A stretch of 64,000 nt of DNA. Source: an uncultured Ruminococcus sp. Its GTDB lineage: Bacteria; Bacillota; Clostridia; Oscillospirales; CAG-272. The stretch is taken from the NCBI GenBank assembly GCA_964494135.1, contig CAZBQN010000006.1, forward strand, positions 2,806-66,805, written 5' to 3'. Below the pieces are notes generated by a model. That model made no database searches. It was not told the DNA's origin and saw only the letters and a list, made by a program, of their open reading frames with translations. This document shows, piece by piece, positions 30,689-40,987 of the stretch (the stretch's first letter is position 1; each line of letters opens with the position of its first letter). The translations under genes were made by a program, and so were the position numbers.

Positions 30689-31534
30689 ATGAAAGCGAGA
30701 GTTCTCACAGGGCTGGGCATAATTGTTTTCGGCTTGCCGCTGCTCTTTTTATCCGAATATATTATTTATCCTCTCGCGCTGGGAATTTTGTCGCTCTTTT
30801 CGATTTGGGAGATACTCCGCGCGATGGGTATGCATAAGAATTACCCGATAGCAATACCGACCTATATCGTCAGTCTTTGTCTGCCTGTTTTCGGTTACGG
30901 TCATTTTGTCGGACCCGATCAGCAGATAAATTATATGCTCATATGCGTCGCCGTAATGTTCGTGCTTCTGTTGTATTACATCTGCGTTGCGGTTTTATCA
31001 AGAGGAAAGCTCAGCTACCGTGATGTTTCATCGGCGTTCACCATGATGGTTTACGTTACGGTGTCATTCACTTCAATGACCTTGATAAGATATATGAACA
31101 ACGGCGTGTATTTCTTCGGCATGGTGTATATCGCATCCTGGATATGCGACGTGTTTGCGTATTTTACGGGTATGCTTTTCGGAAAGCACAAGCTGGCTCC
31201 GGAGCTCAGCCCGAAGAAAACGATAGAAGGTTCGCTGGGAGGAATCTTTTTCTCCACACTTACATTTCTCCTTTACGGACTGGTGGTTGAGAGCTTCTTC
31301 CCGGTTCAGGCAAACTATCTTATACTGACGCTTCTCGGACTGACCCTTTCGGTCGTATCCCAGGTAGGCGACCTTTGGGCATCGCTCATAAAGCGTGAGC
31401 AAGGAATAAAGGATTACAGCCACCTGCTTCCCGGTCACGGAGGAATTGTTGACAGATTTGATTCGGTTTTCTCAACCTGTACGATTCTTCTGCTCGTTTG
31501 CGTTTTGGCACCCCCATTCGTTTCGGCGGTGTAA
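30689..31534 (+). CDS. cdsA: Phosphatidate cytidylyltransferase
   Basis: SPKKTIEGSLGG and GHGGIVDRFDS signature. Multi-TM protein. Confidence 0.9.
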   Translation: MKARVLTGLGIIVFGLPLLFLSEYIIYPLALGILSLFSIWEILRAMGMHKNYPIAIPTYIVSLCLPVFGYGHFVGPDQQINYMLICVAVMFVLLLYYICVAVLSRGKLSYRDVSSAFTMMVYVTVSFTSMTLIRYMNNGVYFFGMVYIASWICDVFAYFTGMLFGKHKLAPELSPKKTIEGSLGGIFFSTLTFLLYGLVVESFFPVQANYLILTLLGLTLSVVSQVGDLWASLIKREQGIKDYSHLLPGHGGIVDRFDSVFSTCTILLLVCVLAPPFVSAV

Positions 31535-31562
31535 ATTTGACACTTGATTAGAATATTACGTG

Positions 31563-31597
31563 AAACGGGATGCTATTTTGTTGTCCCGTTTTTCTTC
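31563..31597 (+). terminator. Hairpin plus U-tract after cdsA (possible partial terminator)
   Basis: AAACGGGA-13 nt-TCCCGTTT followed by TTCTTC. Confidence 0.45.
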
Positions 31598-31633
31598 AAA
31601 TTATTGCCTTCGCGGCTGCAAGGAGTCTGATAA

Positions 31634-32794
31634 ATGAAAAAAACAATATCCGTCCTGGGAGCCACCGGATCGGTCGGTCTTCAGGCGTTGGACGTGGCGA
31701 GAACGTCGGGCTACAAGGTTGATTTTCTCTCGGCAAATACCGACGTTCGGCACATGGAACGGCTGACCAGAGAATTTAAGCCGCGTGCCGTAGCTATGGC
31801 TGACGAGGCTTCAGCCCGCATGCTGGGGACTGCTCTTGCCGATACCGATGTCAAGGTACTTTCGGGAGAAGAGGGAATAGCCGAGGGCATAAAGTCCTGC
31901 GAATCGCAAACGGTAGTCAATGCGATACTCGGTAAAGCCGGACTTGCGCCGACCCTTGCCGTTATCGACACGGGAAAGAGATTGGCTCTTGCAAACAAGG
32001 AATCGCTTGTAATAGCAGGTGACATAGTTATGACCCGTGCAAGAGATATGGGCTGTGAGATAATTCCGGTGGACAGCGAGCATTCAGCCATATTCCAGTC
32101 GCTGCGATCGGGGAAGCCTTGCGAGATAAAAAAATTGATACTTACGGCGTCCGGAGGCCCCTTCTTCGGTATGAGCCGTGATGAGCTTCGACGCGTGACG
32201 CTTTCGGATACGCTGAAGCATCCGACTTGGAAAATGGGCAGAAAAATTACTGTCGACAGCGCGACTCTTATGAACAAGGGCTTTGAGGTAATTGAAGCCT
32301 GCCATCTGTTCGGCGTTTCGGCAGAAAAGGTTCAGGTAACGGTGCACCGTGAGAGCATACTTCACTCTGCTGTGGAATATGTTGATAACAGTATAATCGG
32401 CGAGTTCTCGGTGCCGGATATGAGAATGTGCGTTCAGTATGCGGTAGATTATCCCGACCGTCTGCCGTCGGCAGGCGAGCCGCTCGATCTTTTTTCGGTT
32501 GGCAAGCTTACCTTTGCTCAGCCTGACAGAGACGCTTTCCCGTTTCTGAACCTTGCCGAGAGGGCGTATACCCTTGGCGGTGCAATGCCGGCGGTAATGA
32601 ATGCGGCGGACGAGGTTGCCGCAGATGCCTTTCTTAACGGGCGCATAGGATTTACGGACATTTTTGACGTGGTTTGCGAGTGCTTTGAGAGAATGACGGA
32701 ATTTGCCGAATACACATCGCTTGAGGATATTATAGCCGCCGATAAGAAGGCGAGAGATGTCGCCAAAGAGTTGGTGTACAGAATAAACAAATGA
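31634..32794 (+). CDS. dxr: 1-deoxy-D-xylulose-5-phosphate reductoisomerase
   Basis: GATGSVG, LANKESLV, DSEHSAIFQ and TASGGPF motifs. Confidence 0.95.
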   Translation: MKKTISVLGATGSVGLQALDVARTSGYKVDFLSANTDVRHMERLTREFKPRAVAMADEASARMLGTALADTDVKVLSGEEGIAEGIKSCESQTVVNAILGKAGLAPTLAVIDTGKRLALANKESLVIAGDIVMTRARDMGCEIIPVDSEHSAIFQSLRSGKPCEIKKLILTASGGPFFGMSRDELRRVTLSDTLKHPTWKMGRKITVDSATLMNKGFEVIEACHLFGVSAEKVQVTVHRESILHSAVEYVDNSIIGEFSVPDMRMCVQYAVDYPDRLPSAGEPLDLFSVGKLTFAQPDRDAFPFLNLAERAYTLGGAMPAVMNAADEVAADAFLNGRIGFTDIFDVVCECFERMTEFAEYTSLEDIIAADKKARDVAKELVYRINK

Positions 32795-32810
32795 TTTTTC
32801 GGAGGATATT

Positions 32811-33875
32811 TTGGAAGTTGCATTAACGATAGTCGTAGCTCTTCTTGTTTTTGGCTTTTTGATTTTCATTCATGAATTCGGACATTACATCACAGCCCGA
32901 ATATTCAAGGTTTCCATAAATGAATTTTCCATAGGTATGGGACCCACGCTCCTGTCATATAAGTCAAAAAAGACTGATATACTCTATTCCGTCCGTATTC
33001 TGCCCATCGGCGGATACGTTTCAATGGTTGGCGAGGATGAAGAATCCGAGGATCCGAACGCCTTCAATAAAAAGCCGGCCTGGCAGAGATTTATCATAAC
33101 CGCCGCCGGTGCGACGGTCAATATCGTCGCGGGCTTTTTGGCTACGATAATTCTCGTGAGCATTATAAATATCGGCAGTACCACCATCGGCGGCTTTCTG
33201 ACCTCCGACGATTTTGCCGAGATAGGAGACGTTGAGTATACGGAAAGCTCAGAGTCCCAGGGTTTGATGGCGGGGGATACCATAATCGCCGTAAACGGCA
33301 CCCGTGTTGAAATCTACGACGAGCTTTCCTATGAGATTATGAGGCAGGGCTACCAACCGGTTGATCTGACGGTTTTGCGTGACGGTGAAGAGCTTGTTAT
33401 CCCGGGCGTGCAATTTCCGACTATTGTACAGCAGGATCAGGTATTCGGTTACCCGGACGTCAGAGTTTATCGGGTGGAGAAGAATTTTGGCAATACGATA
33501 GGTCTTGCATTCAAGAAAGCGTGTCTTGTTATGCGAAGCTGCTGGGAGTCGATATACGACCTGGTGACGGGCAGATATTCCATTTCCGCGGTTTCGGGTC
33601 CCGTCGGAATATCGGGTGCCATCGGCGAGGCGGTATCCGCAGGCTTTGCCTCCGTGCTTAATATCGTAATTCTTATAAGCATAAATCTCGGTTTTATGAA
33701 TTTACTGCCTATTCCGGCTCTGGACGGAGGCAGACTGATAACGATTCTTATAGAGATGATAACGAGAAAGAAGGTTCCGCCGAAAATCGAAGCGGCGATT
33801 AACGGTACGGGACTGATACTGCTTCTCGGACTTTCTTTCCTGATAATGATAAAGGACGTAATACAACTGTTTTGA
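32811..33875 (+). CDS. rseP: RIP (site-2) zinc metalloprotease
   Basis: HEFGHY motif in TM1, a PDZ-like middle region and a NLLPIPALDGG motif. TTG start with GGAGGA SD. Confidence 0.88.
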   Translation: MEVALTIVVALLVFGFLIFIHEFGHYITARIFKVSINEFSIGMGPTLLSYKSKKTDILYSVRILPIGGYVSMVGEDEESEDPNAFNKKPAWQRFIITAAGATVNIVAGFLATIILVSIINIGSTTIGGFLTSDDFAEIGDVEYTESSESQGLMAGDTIIAVNGTRVEIYDELSYEIMRQGYQPVDLTVLRDGEELVIPGVQFPTIVQQDQVFGYPDVRVYRVEKNFGNTIGLAFKKACLVMRSCWESIYDLVTGRYSISAVSGPVGISGAIGEAVSAGFASVLNIVILISINLGFMNLLPIPALDGGRLITILIEMITRKKVPPKIEAAINGTGLILLLGLSFLIMIKDVIQLF

Positions 33876-33887
33876 TAGGAGTGGAAA

Positions 33888-34973
33888 ATGAAATCGGTTT
33901 TTGAGAGAAGAAACAGCCGTGCGGTAAAGGTAGGCGGCACCGTGATAGGAAACGGCAGTCCCATCACCGTGCAGTCAATGACAAATACCGACACTCACGA
34001 CGCGGAGGCTACCTACGCTCAGGTCATGCGCCTTAGCGAGGCGGGCTGTGACGTCGTTCGCATCACGGCTCCCGACCTTGAGTCGGTGTCTACGTTTGAG
34101 CTGCTGAAAGCTAGAGGGGTCAAAATTCCACTGGTAGCCGATATTCATTTTAATTATAAAATTGCTCTTGCCTGCGCTGAGTGCGGAGTGGATAAAATAC
34201 GCATTAACCCCGGCAACATAGGCGGCGAGGACAACGTCAGACAGGTTGCAGAGGCCTGCAAGAAATACGGAACCCCGATAAGAATAGGCGTTAATTCCGG
34301 CTCGGTAGAGGAGAGTATACTGAAAAAATACGGCGGACCTACTCCCGAGGCTTTGGCAGAGAGCGCTCTTTATCATGCGAGTCTGTTGGAGAAATATGAT
34401 TTTCGGGACATAGTTCTGTCGGTCAAGGCGTCAAACGTGCCCGATATGATTCGTGCAAACCGTATTCTTGCCGCAAAAACCGATTATCCGATACACTTGG
34501 GAGTTACCGAGGCAGGCGGAGGCAACGCCGCGCTCATCAAGAGCAGTATCGGAATAGGCGCGCTTATTTCCGAAGGTATAGGAGATACCGTTCGTGTATC
34601 GCTGACGGACGACCCATGCGAGGAGGTCGGAGCTGCAAAGCAAATACTTCATTCGCTGGGAATGCTTGATAATCCCGGTATGGACATAGTGTCCTGTCCC
34701 ACCTGCGGAAGGACGAAGATAGACCTTATTCCCATAGTGCGGGAATTTGAAACCCGCGCCCGTGAGGAGGGGCTGGATAAGCTTAACATAAAGGTAGCCC
34801 TGATGGGCTGTGCCGTAAACGGTCCGGGCGAGGCGAGAGAGGCTGACATCGGAATTGCAGGCGGCAAGGGCGAGGGCTTGATATTCAAAAAGGGCGAAAT
34901 ACTGAGAAAGGTAAGCGAGGAGTCCTTAGTGGACGAGCTGCTTTCGGAAATTCGCCGCGGATTTTGCAACTGA
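33888..34973 (+). CDS. ispG: 4-hydroxy-3-methylbut-2-en-1-yl diphosphate synthase
   Basis: VQSMTNT, RINPGN and the C-terminal CPTCGR...GCAVNGPGE Fe-S motif. Confidence 0.95.
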   Translation: MKSVFERRNSRAVKVGGTVIGNGSPITVQSMTNTDTHDAEATYAQVMRLSEAGCDVVRITAPDLESVSTFELLKARGVKIPLVADIHFNYKIALACAECGVDKIRINPGNIGGEDNVRQVAEACKKYGTPIRIGVNSGSVEESILKKYGGPTPEALAESALYHASLLEKYDFRDIVLSVKASNVPDMIRANRILAAKTDYPIHLGVTEAGGGNAALIKSSIGIGALISEGIGDTVRVSLTDDPCEEVGAAKQILHSLGMLDNPGMDIVSCPTCGRTKIDLIPIVREFETRAREEGLDKLNIKVALMGCAVNGPGEAREADIGIAGGKGEGLIFKKGEILRKVSEESLVDELLSEIRRGFCN

Positions 34974-34988
34974 CAGTGTGGAGTGTAA

Positions 34989-37900
34989 ATGGATAACAAA
35001 GGCTTTTTTGACGTTTTTACAAGATATAAACCGGATGAGGAAAAACGCGCTCTGCTGGAAAGTGCCACGGGGGCGAGCTTCAGGTACAAGAAAAATCCTT
35101 TTATCGTAGAGGTTGAATTGAATTTTGACAGGCATCAGCCTGCCGAGCTCATTTACGAAATAGAGGATGAGTGCTCTTCACTCTACGGCGCGGAACGCTT
35201 TAAGATAATACCGCATTTCCCCGCGAGCGAGTTCGAGATAAGCAGATTTAACGAAATCCTGCTTGAAGCATCTCTTTGCGGCGCGGTGACTCACGGATTC
35301 TTCGGGCATGCGGAATACGAGGACGACGGAGTTACGATCACCGTTAAAATACCGTTTTATAAAATGGGCGTGGACTTCGTTAAGGCGGCTGATACGGAGA
35401 ATATTCTTTCGGGAATTCTGATGTCGCGCTACGGAGTACAAAGACGGATTGCGGTTGTGGAAGGTGAGGGAGCGGCTTCCTTTGAAGCTGAGCTTGAAGC
35501 CCGCCGTGCCCTGATACTCGCGGACGCAGAGCGGGAGAATTCCGAAAAAGCTCGGGCAGAACGCGAAAAACAGATAAAACAGCGTGAGGAAGAAGCACGC
35601 CTTGCAGACCCTCATTACGATTTTGAGGCAAGGGTCGGTTTGTCATCGCTTGCAGGCACCAACAGCGTTCTCGGTGAATCAAAATACCGCATGGGTGCAT
35701 CGACCTATGATTGCAAGGAATCGGAGCTGCTGTTCGGCGAGGATTTTGATATTTTCGAGCCGACGCCACTTTCCGATGTGGCAAAGGAGAGGAACAATTC
35801 GGTATTTCTCGGCACGGTTTACGAAGTAACGACCAAGGAGACCCGAACCGAGGATAGGTTTAACTGCACCATAGGCTTCTCTGACGGCGCCTGCGGCTGT
35901 TATATAAAGCGCACGCTTGACCTTGATGAAATGTCCTTTATCAAGTCTTTAAAGCCGGGTACTCATATTGCCGTATTCGGAAAGGTCAGAACCGATAAAT
36001 TTGATAACGAGCCTTTTATTTACCCACGGGGAATCAAGACGGTTAAAAAGCTGGAGCGCATGGATAATGCCGAAGAAAAGCGAGTAGAGCTTCATCTTCA
36101 CTCCAATATGTCAGCCATGGACGCTATTATCACTCCCGCTGAGCTTGTTGACACGGCTATTCGCTGGGGGCATAAGGCTATAGCGATCACCGACCACGGA
36201 AACGTCCAGTCCTTCCCCGAGGTAATGCTGGAAGTCGAGAAGGCAAAGAAAAAGGGCAAAGGGCCTCTGAAAATACTGTACGGTATGGAGGCTTACTTTG
36301 TCAATGATACTGCAAGATGCGTATTCGGTGATAATCTGCCGAGCTTTGACGACGAGATGATAGTTTTCGATATTGAGACTACCGGTAAGTCCGCCAGAAC
36401 CTCAAGGATTATCGAAATAGGTGCGCTTTTGGTAAAGGGCGGTGAAATATTAGACAGCTTTTCCACCTTTGTCGACCCGGAGTGCCATATACCCGAAGAC
36501 AGCACTGAGGTTCACCATATTACCGACGATATGGTGGTCGGAGCACCCACCGAACGTGAGGCTGTCAAGAGCTTTCTTGATTTTGCGGGGGACAGGCTGC
36601 TCGTCGCGCATAACGCAAACTTTGATGTGGGCTTTATACGCAGTGCAGCGGACAGACACGGCTTTAAATTCACTAATACCTACCTTGACACCGTAGGCGT
36701 GTCGAGATACGTCAACTCCGAGCTTAAAAATCATAAGCTTGCCACCGTAGCAAAGCATTATAAGCTCGGTGACTTTGAGCATCACAGAGCTGATGCCGAT
36801 ACCGAGATTTTGGCAAGGATTTTGTTCAAAATGTTGGATAGGCTCAAGAGTGAGGGAATCAACGACTTTGAGTCTATGAAAAGCGCAATGAGTGCCAGTA
36901 CAGACCCTCTGCTTCTGCCTACCTACCATATGATAATATTCGCAAAAAATAAAGAGGGGCTGAAGAATCTTTATAAGCTGGTTTCTTACAGCTATTTGGA
37001 TTATTATAAACGTTTCCCGAGAATTCCCAAGACCGTGCTTGAAAATCACAGGGAGGGGCTGATAATCGGCTCTGCCTGCGAGGCGGGCGAGCTGTACCGC
37101 GCAATACTTGACGGAAGAAGCGAAGAAGACATTGAGGAGATTGCCTCCTTCTACGACTACCTTGAAATTCAGCCACTGTGCAATAACCGCTTCCTTATAG
37201 GTGATAAGGTTAAGGACGAAGAAACGCTGAAGGACATAAACAGGCAGATCTACGAGCTGGGAAAGAAACTCGGTAAGCCTACGTGCGCTACGTGTGACGC
37301 CCACTTCTTGAATCAAGAGGACGAAATATACCGCCGTATTATTCTCTCCGGACTGAAATATTCGGATGCGGACAAGCCCACGCCCATTTACCTCAGAAAT
37401 ACTGAGGAGATGCTTGCAGAATTTGACTATCTCGGCGAGAAAATAGCAAAAGAGGTCGTTATCACCAACCCGAATCTTATAGCGGATATGTGCGAGGAGA
37501 TACGTCCTATTCCCGAGGGCAGATACGAGCCGAGTATTCCGGGCGCAAACGAGGAGCTGACCGAGTCCTGCTGGAAAAGAGCGCATGAATGGTACGGAGA
37601 CGAGCTTCCCGAAATCGTGGAGAAAAGACTCAACAAAGAGCTGACCTCTATTATCAAAAACGGCTTTGCCGTTCTGTATATGATAGCGGTAAAGCTGGTC
37701 GCGTATTCCGAGAGCCTCGGTTATCTCGTTGGCTCCCGCGGCTCGGTAGGCTCGTCCTTTGTTGCTACGATGTCGGGTATATCGGAGGTTAACCCTCTGC
37801 CGCCTCATTACAGATGTCTTAAATGCCGCCACAGCGAATTTATCACCGACGGATCGGTAGGCTCGGGCTTCGACCTCGAGGACAAGAGATGTCCGGTATG

Positions 37901-39398
37901 CGGTGAGTGGATGTATCAGGACGGTCAGGATATACCCTTTGAGACCTTTCTCGGCTTCTACGGTGACAAATCGCCGGATATAGACCTGAACTTCTCTGGT
38001 GACGTGCAGGGAAAGGTGCATAAGTACACCGAGGAGCTTTTCGGCGAGGGGCACGTGTTCCGAGCCGGTACTATTACCGGACTTGCGGACAAGACCGCCT
38101 GGGGATACATAAATAAATATCTCGAAGAGAGAAAAATAAAAATACCCAAGGCTGAGGTTGGCCACATGGCTACCAAGATCATGGGTATCAAAAAGACTAC
38201 GGGTCAGCATCCCGGCGGTATTATAGTTATTCCCATGGAGTTTGACGTATACGATTTCACCCCGGTTCAGCATCCCGCGGACGACCCGTCTGCCGATACC
38301 GTAACCACGCATTTCCAGTTCTCATATCTTCACGATACGATTTTGAAGCTTGATGAGCTGGGACACGATATGCCGACGAAATACAAGATGCTGGAGAAGT
38401 ATACAAACACCAGCGTCCTTGACGTAAAAATGAACGATAAGTCGGTTTATGAGCTGTTTGCCTCGACACGCCCCCTGGGTATTCAGCCCTCTGATATAGG
38501 CGGATGCCTGCTCGGAACCTACGGTATACCCGAGATGGGAACCAAATTCATTCAGCAGGTTCTTCTTGATGCAAAGCCTAAAACCTTTGCGGACCTGTTA
38601 CAGATTTCCGGTCTGACTCACGGCACGGACGTATGGCTCGGCAATGCTCAGAAGCTTATCAAGGAGGGCACGTGTACCATATCCGAGGTTGTGGGTACCC
38701 GTGACGGAATTATGCTGTATCTTATTCAGCACGGGCTTGACGACTCAACCTCATTCAAGATAATGGAGGCGGTAAGAAAGGGCAAGGGCGTAACTCCCGA
38801 GCAGGAGAAGGAGATGCTTGATCACGGCGTGCCCGAATGGTATATCTGGTCATGCAAAAAGATTAAATATATGTTCCCGAAGGCTCACGCCGCGGCGTAC
38901 GATATGTCTGCCATCCGTCTCGGTTGGTATAAAATTTATTATCCTATGGAATTCTATGCCGCATTTCTTACGGTTGCTCCGGGCGGATTTGACGGCGAGG
39001 TGGTCGGTAAAGGCTGGAGCGGTGTAAACGCTAAAATACAAGAGCTTGAGGATAAAGGCAACGAGGCGAGTGCAAAGGATAACGAGCAATTGACTACCAT
39101 GTACCTGGTCAGAGAGGCTATGGCGCGCGGAGTGGTCTTTATGAACGTTGACCTGAAAAAGTCGGATGCCACAGCCTTTCTGCCCGAGGACGGAAAAATA
39201 AGAATGCCCTTCAACTCTCTGCCGGGTCTCGGTGATACGGCGGCGGAGAAAATAATGCAGGCGCGTGAAGAGTACGATCTGTTTTCCGTGGAAGAGTTGC
39301 GTCTTCGCACGGGAATATCAAAATCGGTCGTCGAGATTTTGCGCCGTAACCATGTGCTTGACAGCATGACGGAAACCAATCAGCTCACGTTGTTTTGA
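34989..39398 (+). CDS. polC: DNA polymerase III PolC-type alpha subunit with intrinsic 3'-5' exonuclease
   Basis: 1469 aa. Has a PHP domain (ELHLHSNMS), an inserted DEDDh exonuclease (VFDIETTG, HNANFD, HRADAD), a zinc finger (CLKCRH...CPVCG) and the polymerase core. Confidence 0.97.
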   Translation: MDNKGFFDVFTRYKPDEEKRALLESATGASFRYKKNPFIVEVELNFDRHQPAELIYEIEDECSSLYGAERFKIIPHFPASEFEISRFNEILLEASLCGAVTHGFFGHAEYEDDGVTITVKIPFYKMGVDFVKAADTENILSGILMSRYGVQRRIAVVEGEGAASFEAELEARRALILADAERENSEKARAEREKQIKQREEEARLADPHYDFEARVGLSSLAGTNSVLGESKYRMGASTYDCKESELLFGEDFDIFEPTPLSDVAKERNNSVFLGTVYEVTTKETRTEDRFNCTIGFSDGACGCYIKRTLDLDEMSFIKSLKPGTHIAVFGKVRTDKFDNEPFIYPRGIKTVKKLERMDNAEEKRVELHLHSNMSAMDAIITPAELVDTAIRWGHKAIAITDHGNVQSFPEVMLEVEKAKKKGKGPLKILYGMEAYFVNDTARCVFGDNLPSFDDEMIVFDIETTGKSARTSRIIEIGALLVKGGEILDSFSTFVDPECHIPEDSTEVHHITDDMVVGAPTEREAVKSFLDFAGDRLLVAHNANFDVGFIRSAADRHGFKFTNTYLDTVGVSRYVNSELKNHKLATVAKHYKLGDFEHHRADADTEILARILFKMLDRLKSEGINDFESMKSAMSASTDPLLLPTYHMIIFAKNKEGLKNLYKLVSYSYLDYYKRFPRIPKTVLENHREGLIIGSACEAGELYRAILDGRSEEDIEEIASFYDYLEIQPLCNNRFLIGDKVKDEETLKDINRQIYELGKKLGKPTCATCDAHFLNQEDEIYRRIILSGLKYSDADKPTPIYLRNTEEMLAEFDYLGEKIAKEVVITNPNLIADMCEEIRPIPEGRYEPSIPGANEELTESCWKRAHEWYGDELPEIVEKRLNKELTSIIKNGFAVLYMIAVKLVAYSESLGYLVGSRGSVGSSFVATMSGISEVNPLPPHYRCLKCRHSEFITDGSVGSGFDLEDKRCPVCGEWMYQDGQDIPFETFLGFYGDKSPDIDLNFSGDVQGKVHKYTEELFGEGHVFRAGTITGLADKTAWGYINKYLEERKIKIPKAEVGHMATKIMGIKKTTGQHPGGIIVIPMEFDVYDFTPVQHPADDPSADTVTTHFQFSYLHDTILKLDELGHDMPTKYKMLEKYTNTSVLDVKMNDKSVYELFASTRPLGIQPSDIGGCLLGTYGIPEMGTKFIQQVLLDAKPKTFADLLQISGLTHGTDVWLGNAQKLIKEGTCTISEVVGTRDGIMLYLIQHGLDDSTSFKIMEAVRKGKGVTPEQEKEMLDHGVPEWYIWSCKKIKYMFPKAHAAAYDMSAIRLGWYKIYYPMEFYAAFLTVAPGGFDGEVVGKGWSGVNAKIQELEDKGNEASAKDNEQLTTMYLVREAMARGVVFMNVDLKKSDATAFLPEDGKIRMPFNSLPGLGDTAAEKIMQAREEYDLFSVEELRLRTGISKSVVEILRRNHVLDSMTETNQLTLF

Positions 39399-39448
39399 CA
39401 GCTTTATGTAACATTTTTACGGCAGAAAACTCGGCACGCCCCACGACA

Positions 39449-39814
39449 TCAGGTGATAAACAGGAGTATCGCCAGCATTATGGCGCACTCCTTGTCGCCG
39501 TCCTTTGAGAAAAACAGATACAGCGCCAGGGCGGCAATGAGTATTTCCTCGAAGCCAATGTCGAATTTTGCGCCCTTCCCGAAAATAAAATTGTCTTTTA
39601 GTTTTCCCAAAAAGGGGATGCCGGCAAGAACACTGTCATTCCTGCCTCCATCATCCCGCTCGGAGGGCTCGGTTGAGCACTGACGTGTATCTTCCGTGTC
39701 CTGCGGGGCGCAGTCTGTCGGCACGGCATCCGATTCCTGCCGCAGGGCAATGCCGTCGTAGCCCGACGGTATGTTCAGCTCACGTTCGTCATCTGTGTAT
39801 TTTCTGGTGTACAC
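39449..39814 (-). CDS. Hypothetical small protein with an acidic N-terminal half and one C-terminal TM helix
   Basis: 121-aa ORF with a GTG start 3 nt after the upstream stop. Third gene of a tightly packed tricistron. Confidence 0.5.
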   Translation of the reverse strand: MYTRKYTDDERELNIPSGYDGIALRQESDAVPTDCAPQDTEDTRQCSTEPSERDDGGRNDSVLAGIPFLGKLKDNFIFGKGAKFDIGFEEILIAALALYLFFSKDGDKECAIMLAILLFIT

Positions 39815-39817
39815 CGT

Positions 39818-40126
39818 CTACTTACCCCCTATCACGTCAATTATATCCAGTATGCCCACCATGGTGTCAATCGCTTTGCTTCTTGACTCGCGAACGTAGG
39901 GCTTCATTGCCGTGAGCAGCTGCGTACGCTCGGGCTTTCTGTGACGGGGTGTAGCCTCCCGCATGACAACGGGCACGTCTGCCGGCAGACTCACTTGCTC
40001 CGTTTCCTTCGCCTCCGTCTGTTCGGCTGTTTGACTGTTGTTCATCAGTGAGGCAATCTGCTTTACCAAATCCGGGTTTTCCATTATCAGGCTGATGATT
40101 TTGCTGATATCCGGAGTGTCAGACAT
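39818..40126 (-). CDS. Hypothetical small protein
   Basis: 102-aa ORF. Its ATG overlaps the upstream stop by 8 nt (ATGTCTGA). It has helical N- and C-terminal ends and a low-complexity Q/E/T-rich middle. Confidence 0.55.
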   Translation of the reverse strand: MSDTPDISKIISLIMENPDLVKQIASLMNNSQTAEQTEAKETEQVSLPADVPVVMREATPRHRKPERTQLLTAMKPYVRESRSKAIDTMVGILDIIDVIGGK

Positions 40127-40355
40127 TGTTTCCTCCCTTGCCGTTTCTGTAATCGTTAATGATTTTGATTGCCTCTCTGAGATTGGGCCTACCGTCCTTC
40201 GTTATGGCATCGCGCATCCTTTGAAGCTGTGAGTGAGGCGGAGTTTTCTCAGGGAGCTTGAAGCCGTGGCTTTTGCCGATGGCACAGACCGTTTGCCATA
40301 GCTCCTCGTCGGGCAGAGCGGCGAGAGCCGTCAGTTTATCGTTGTCGATTTTCAT
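40119..40355 (-). CDS. Hypothetical small soluble protein
   Basis: 78-aa ORF with a GGAGA SD upstream. First gene of the tricistron. Confidence 0.55.
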   Translation of the reverse strand: MKIDNDKLTALAALPDEELWQTVCAIGKSHGFKLPEKTPPHSQLQRMRDAITKDGRPNLREAIKIINDYRNGKGGNNV

Positions 40356-40430
40356 ATTCTGTCTCCTTTCTTATGTCACTATTCAATGATATGCTATGGG
40401 AGATTAAAATGTTTTTTCGAGGTTCCCAGA

Positions 40431-40928
40431 ATGGAAAAAATAAAATGTATCATTATATCAGATATTCACGGCGCAAGACGGGAATTGCAAAAAGCACTTT
40501 CTCTGCATAATGATGCCGATGCGGTATTTTTTCTCGGCGACGGAGTACGCGAGGCAGAGGAGCAAGCCATCGCAGACGGAGGCAGACGGCACTGGCTGGC
40601 GGTGCGGGGAAATTGTGATTTTTCCTCGGATTTTCTGGGTGTACAAATGAAAAAGACCGACAGCATCACTCTGTGCGGCAAAAAAATAGTGTTTACTCAC
40701 GGAGACCTTTACGGTGTGAAGTACCACAGAGACGGACTTTACAAGCTTGCCGCCGATACCGGTGCGGACATACTGCTCTTCGGGCATACGCACAGGAAGC
40801 ACGAGGAATACAGGGACGGCGTGTATTACGTTAATCCCGGCAGTATTTCCGGCGGTGACACGGGAAAATCCTGCGCGCTTCTGACGCTTGACGGAAATAA
40901 CGTGCTGTTCTCGTTTCTGGATTTATAA
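40431..40928 (+). CDS. YfcE/MJ0936-family metallophosphoesterase
   Basis: SDIHG, LGDG, GNCD, THGD and GHTH motifs in canonical order. ATG at 40431 gives MEKIKCIIISDIHG. Confidence 0.85.
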   Translation: MEKIKCIIISDIHGARRELQKALSLHNDADAVFFLGDGVREAEEQAIADGGRRHWLAVRGNCDFSSDFLGVQMKKTDSITLCGKKIVFTHGDLYGVKYHRDGLYKLAADTGADILLFGHTHRKHEEYRDGVYYVNPGSISGGDTGKSCALLTLDGNNVLFSFLDL

Positions 40929-40987
40929 TCAAAGGGCACGGCTGGCCGTGCGGAAAACCGACACATAATTTTGAAAGGCGAAAAACT

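Noticed and set aside
36450-38312. 620-aa minus-strand ORF inside polC
   Set aside because: It is antisense to the PolC polymerase core and has no recognisable motifs. Its composition is Arg/Leu/Val-rich, as expected of a shadow frame.
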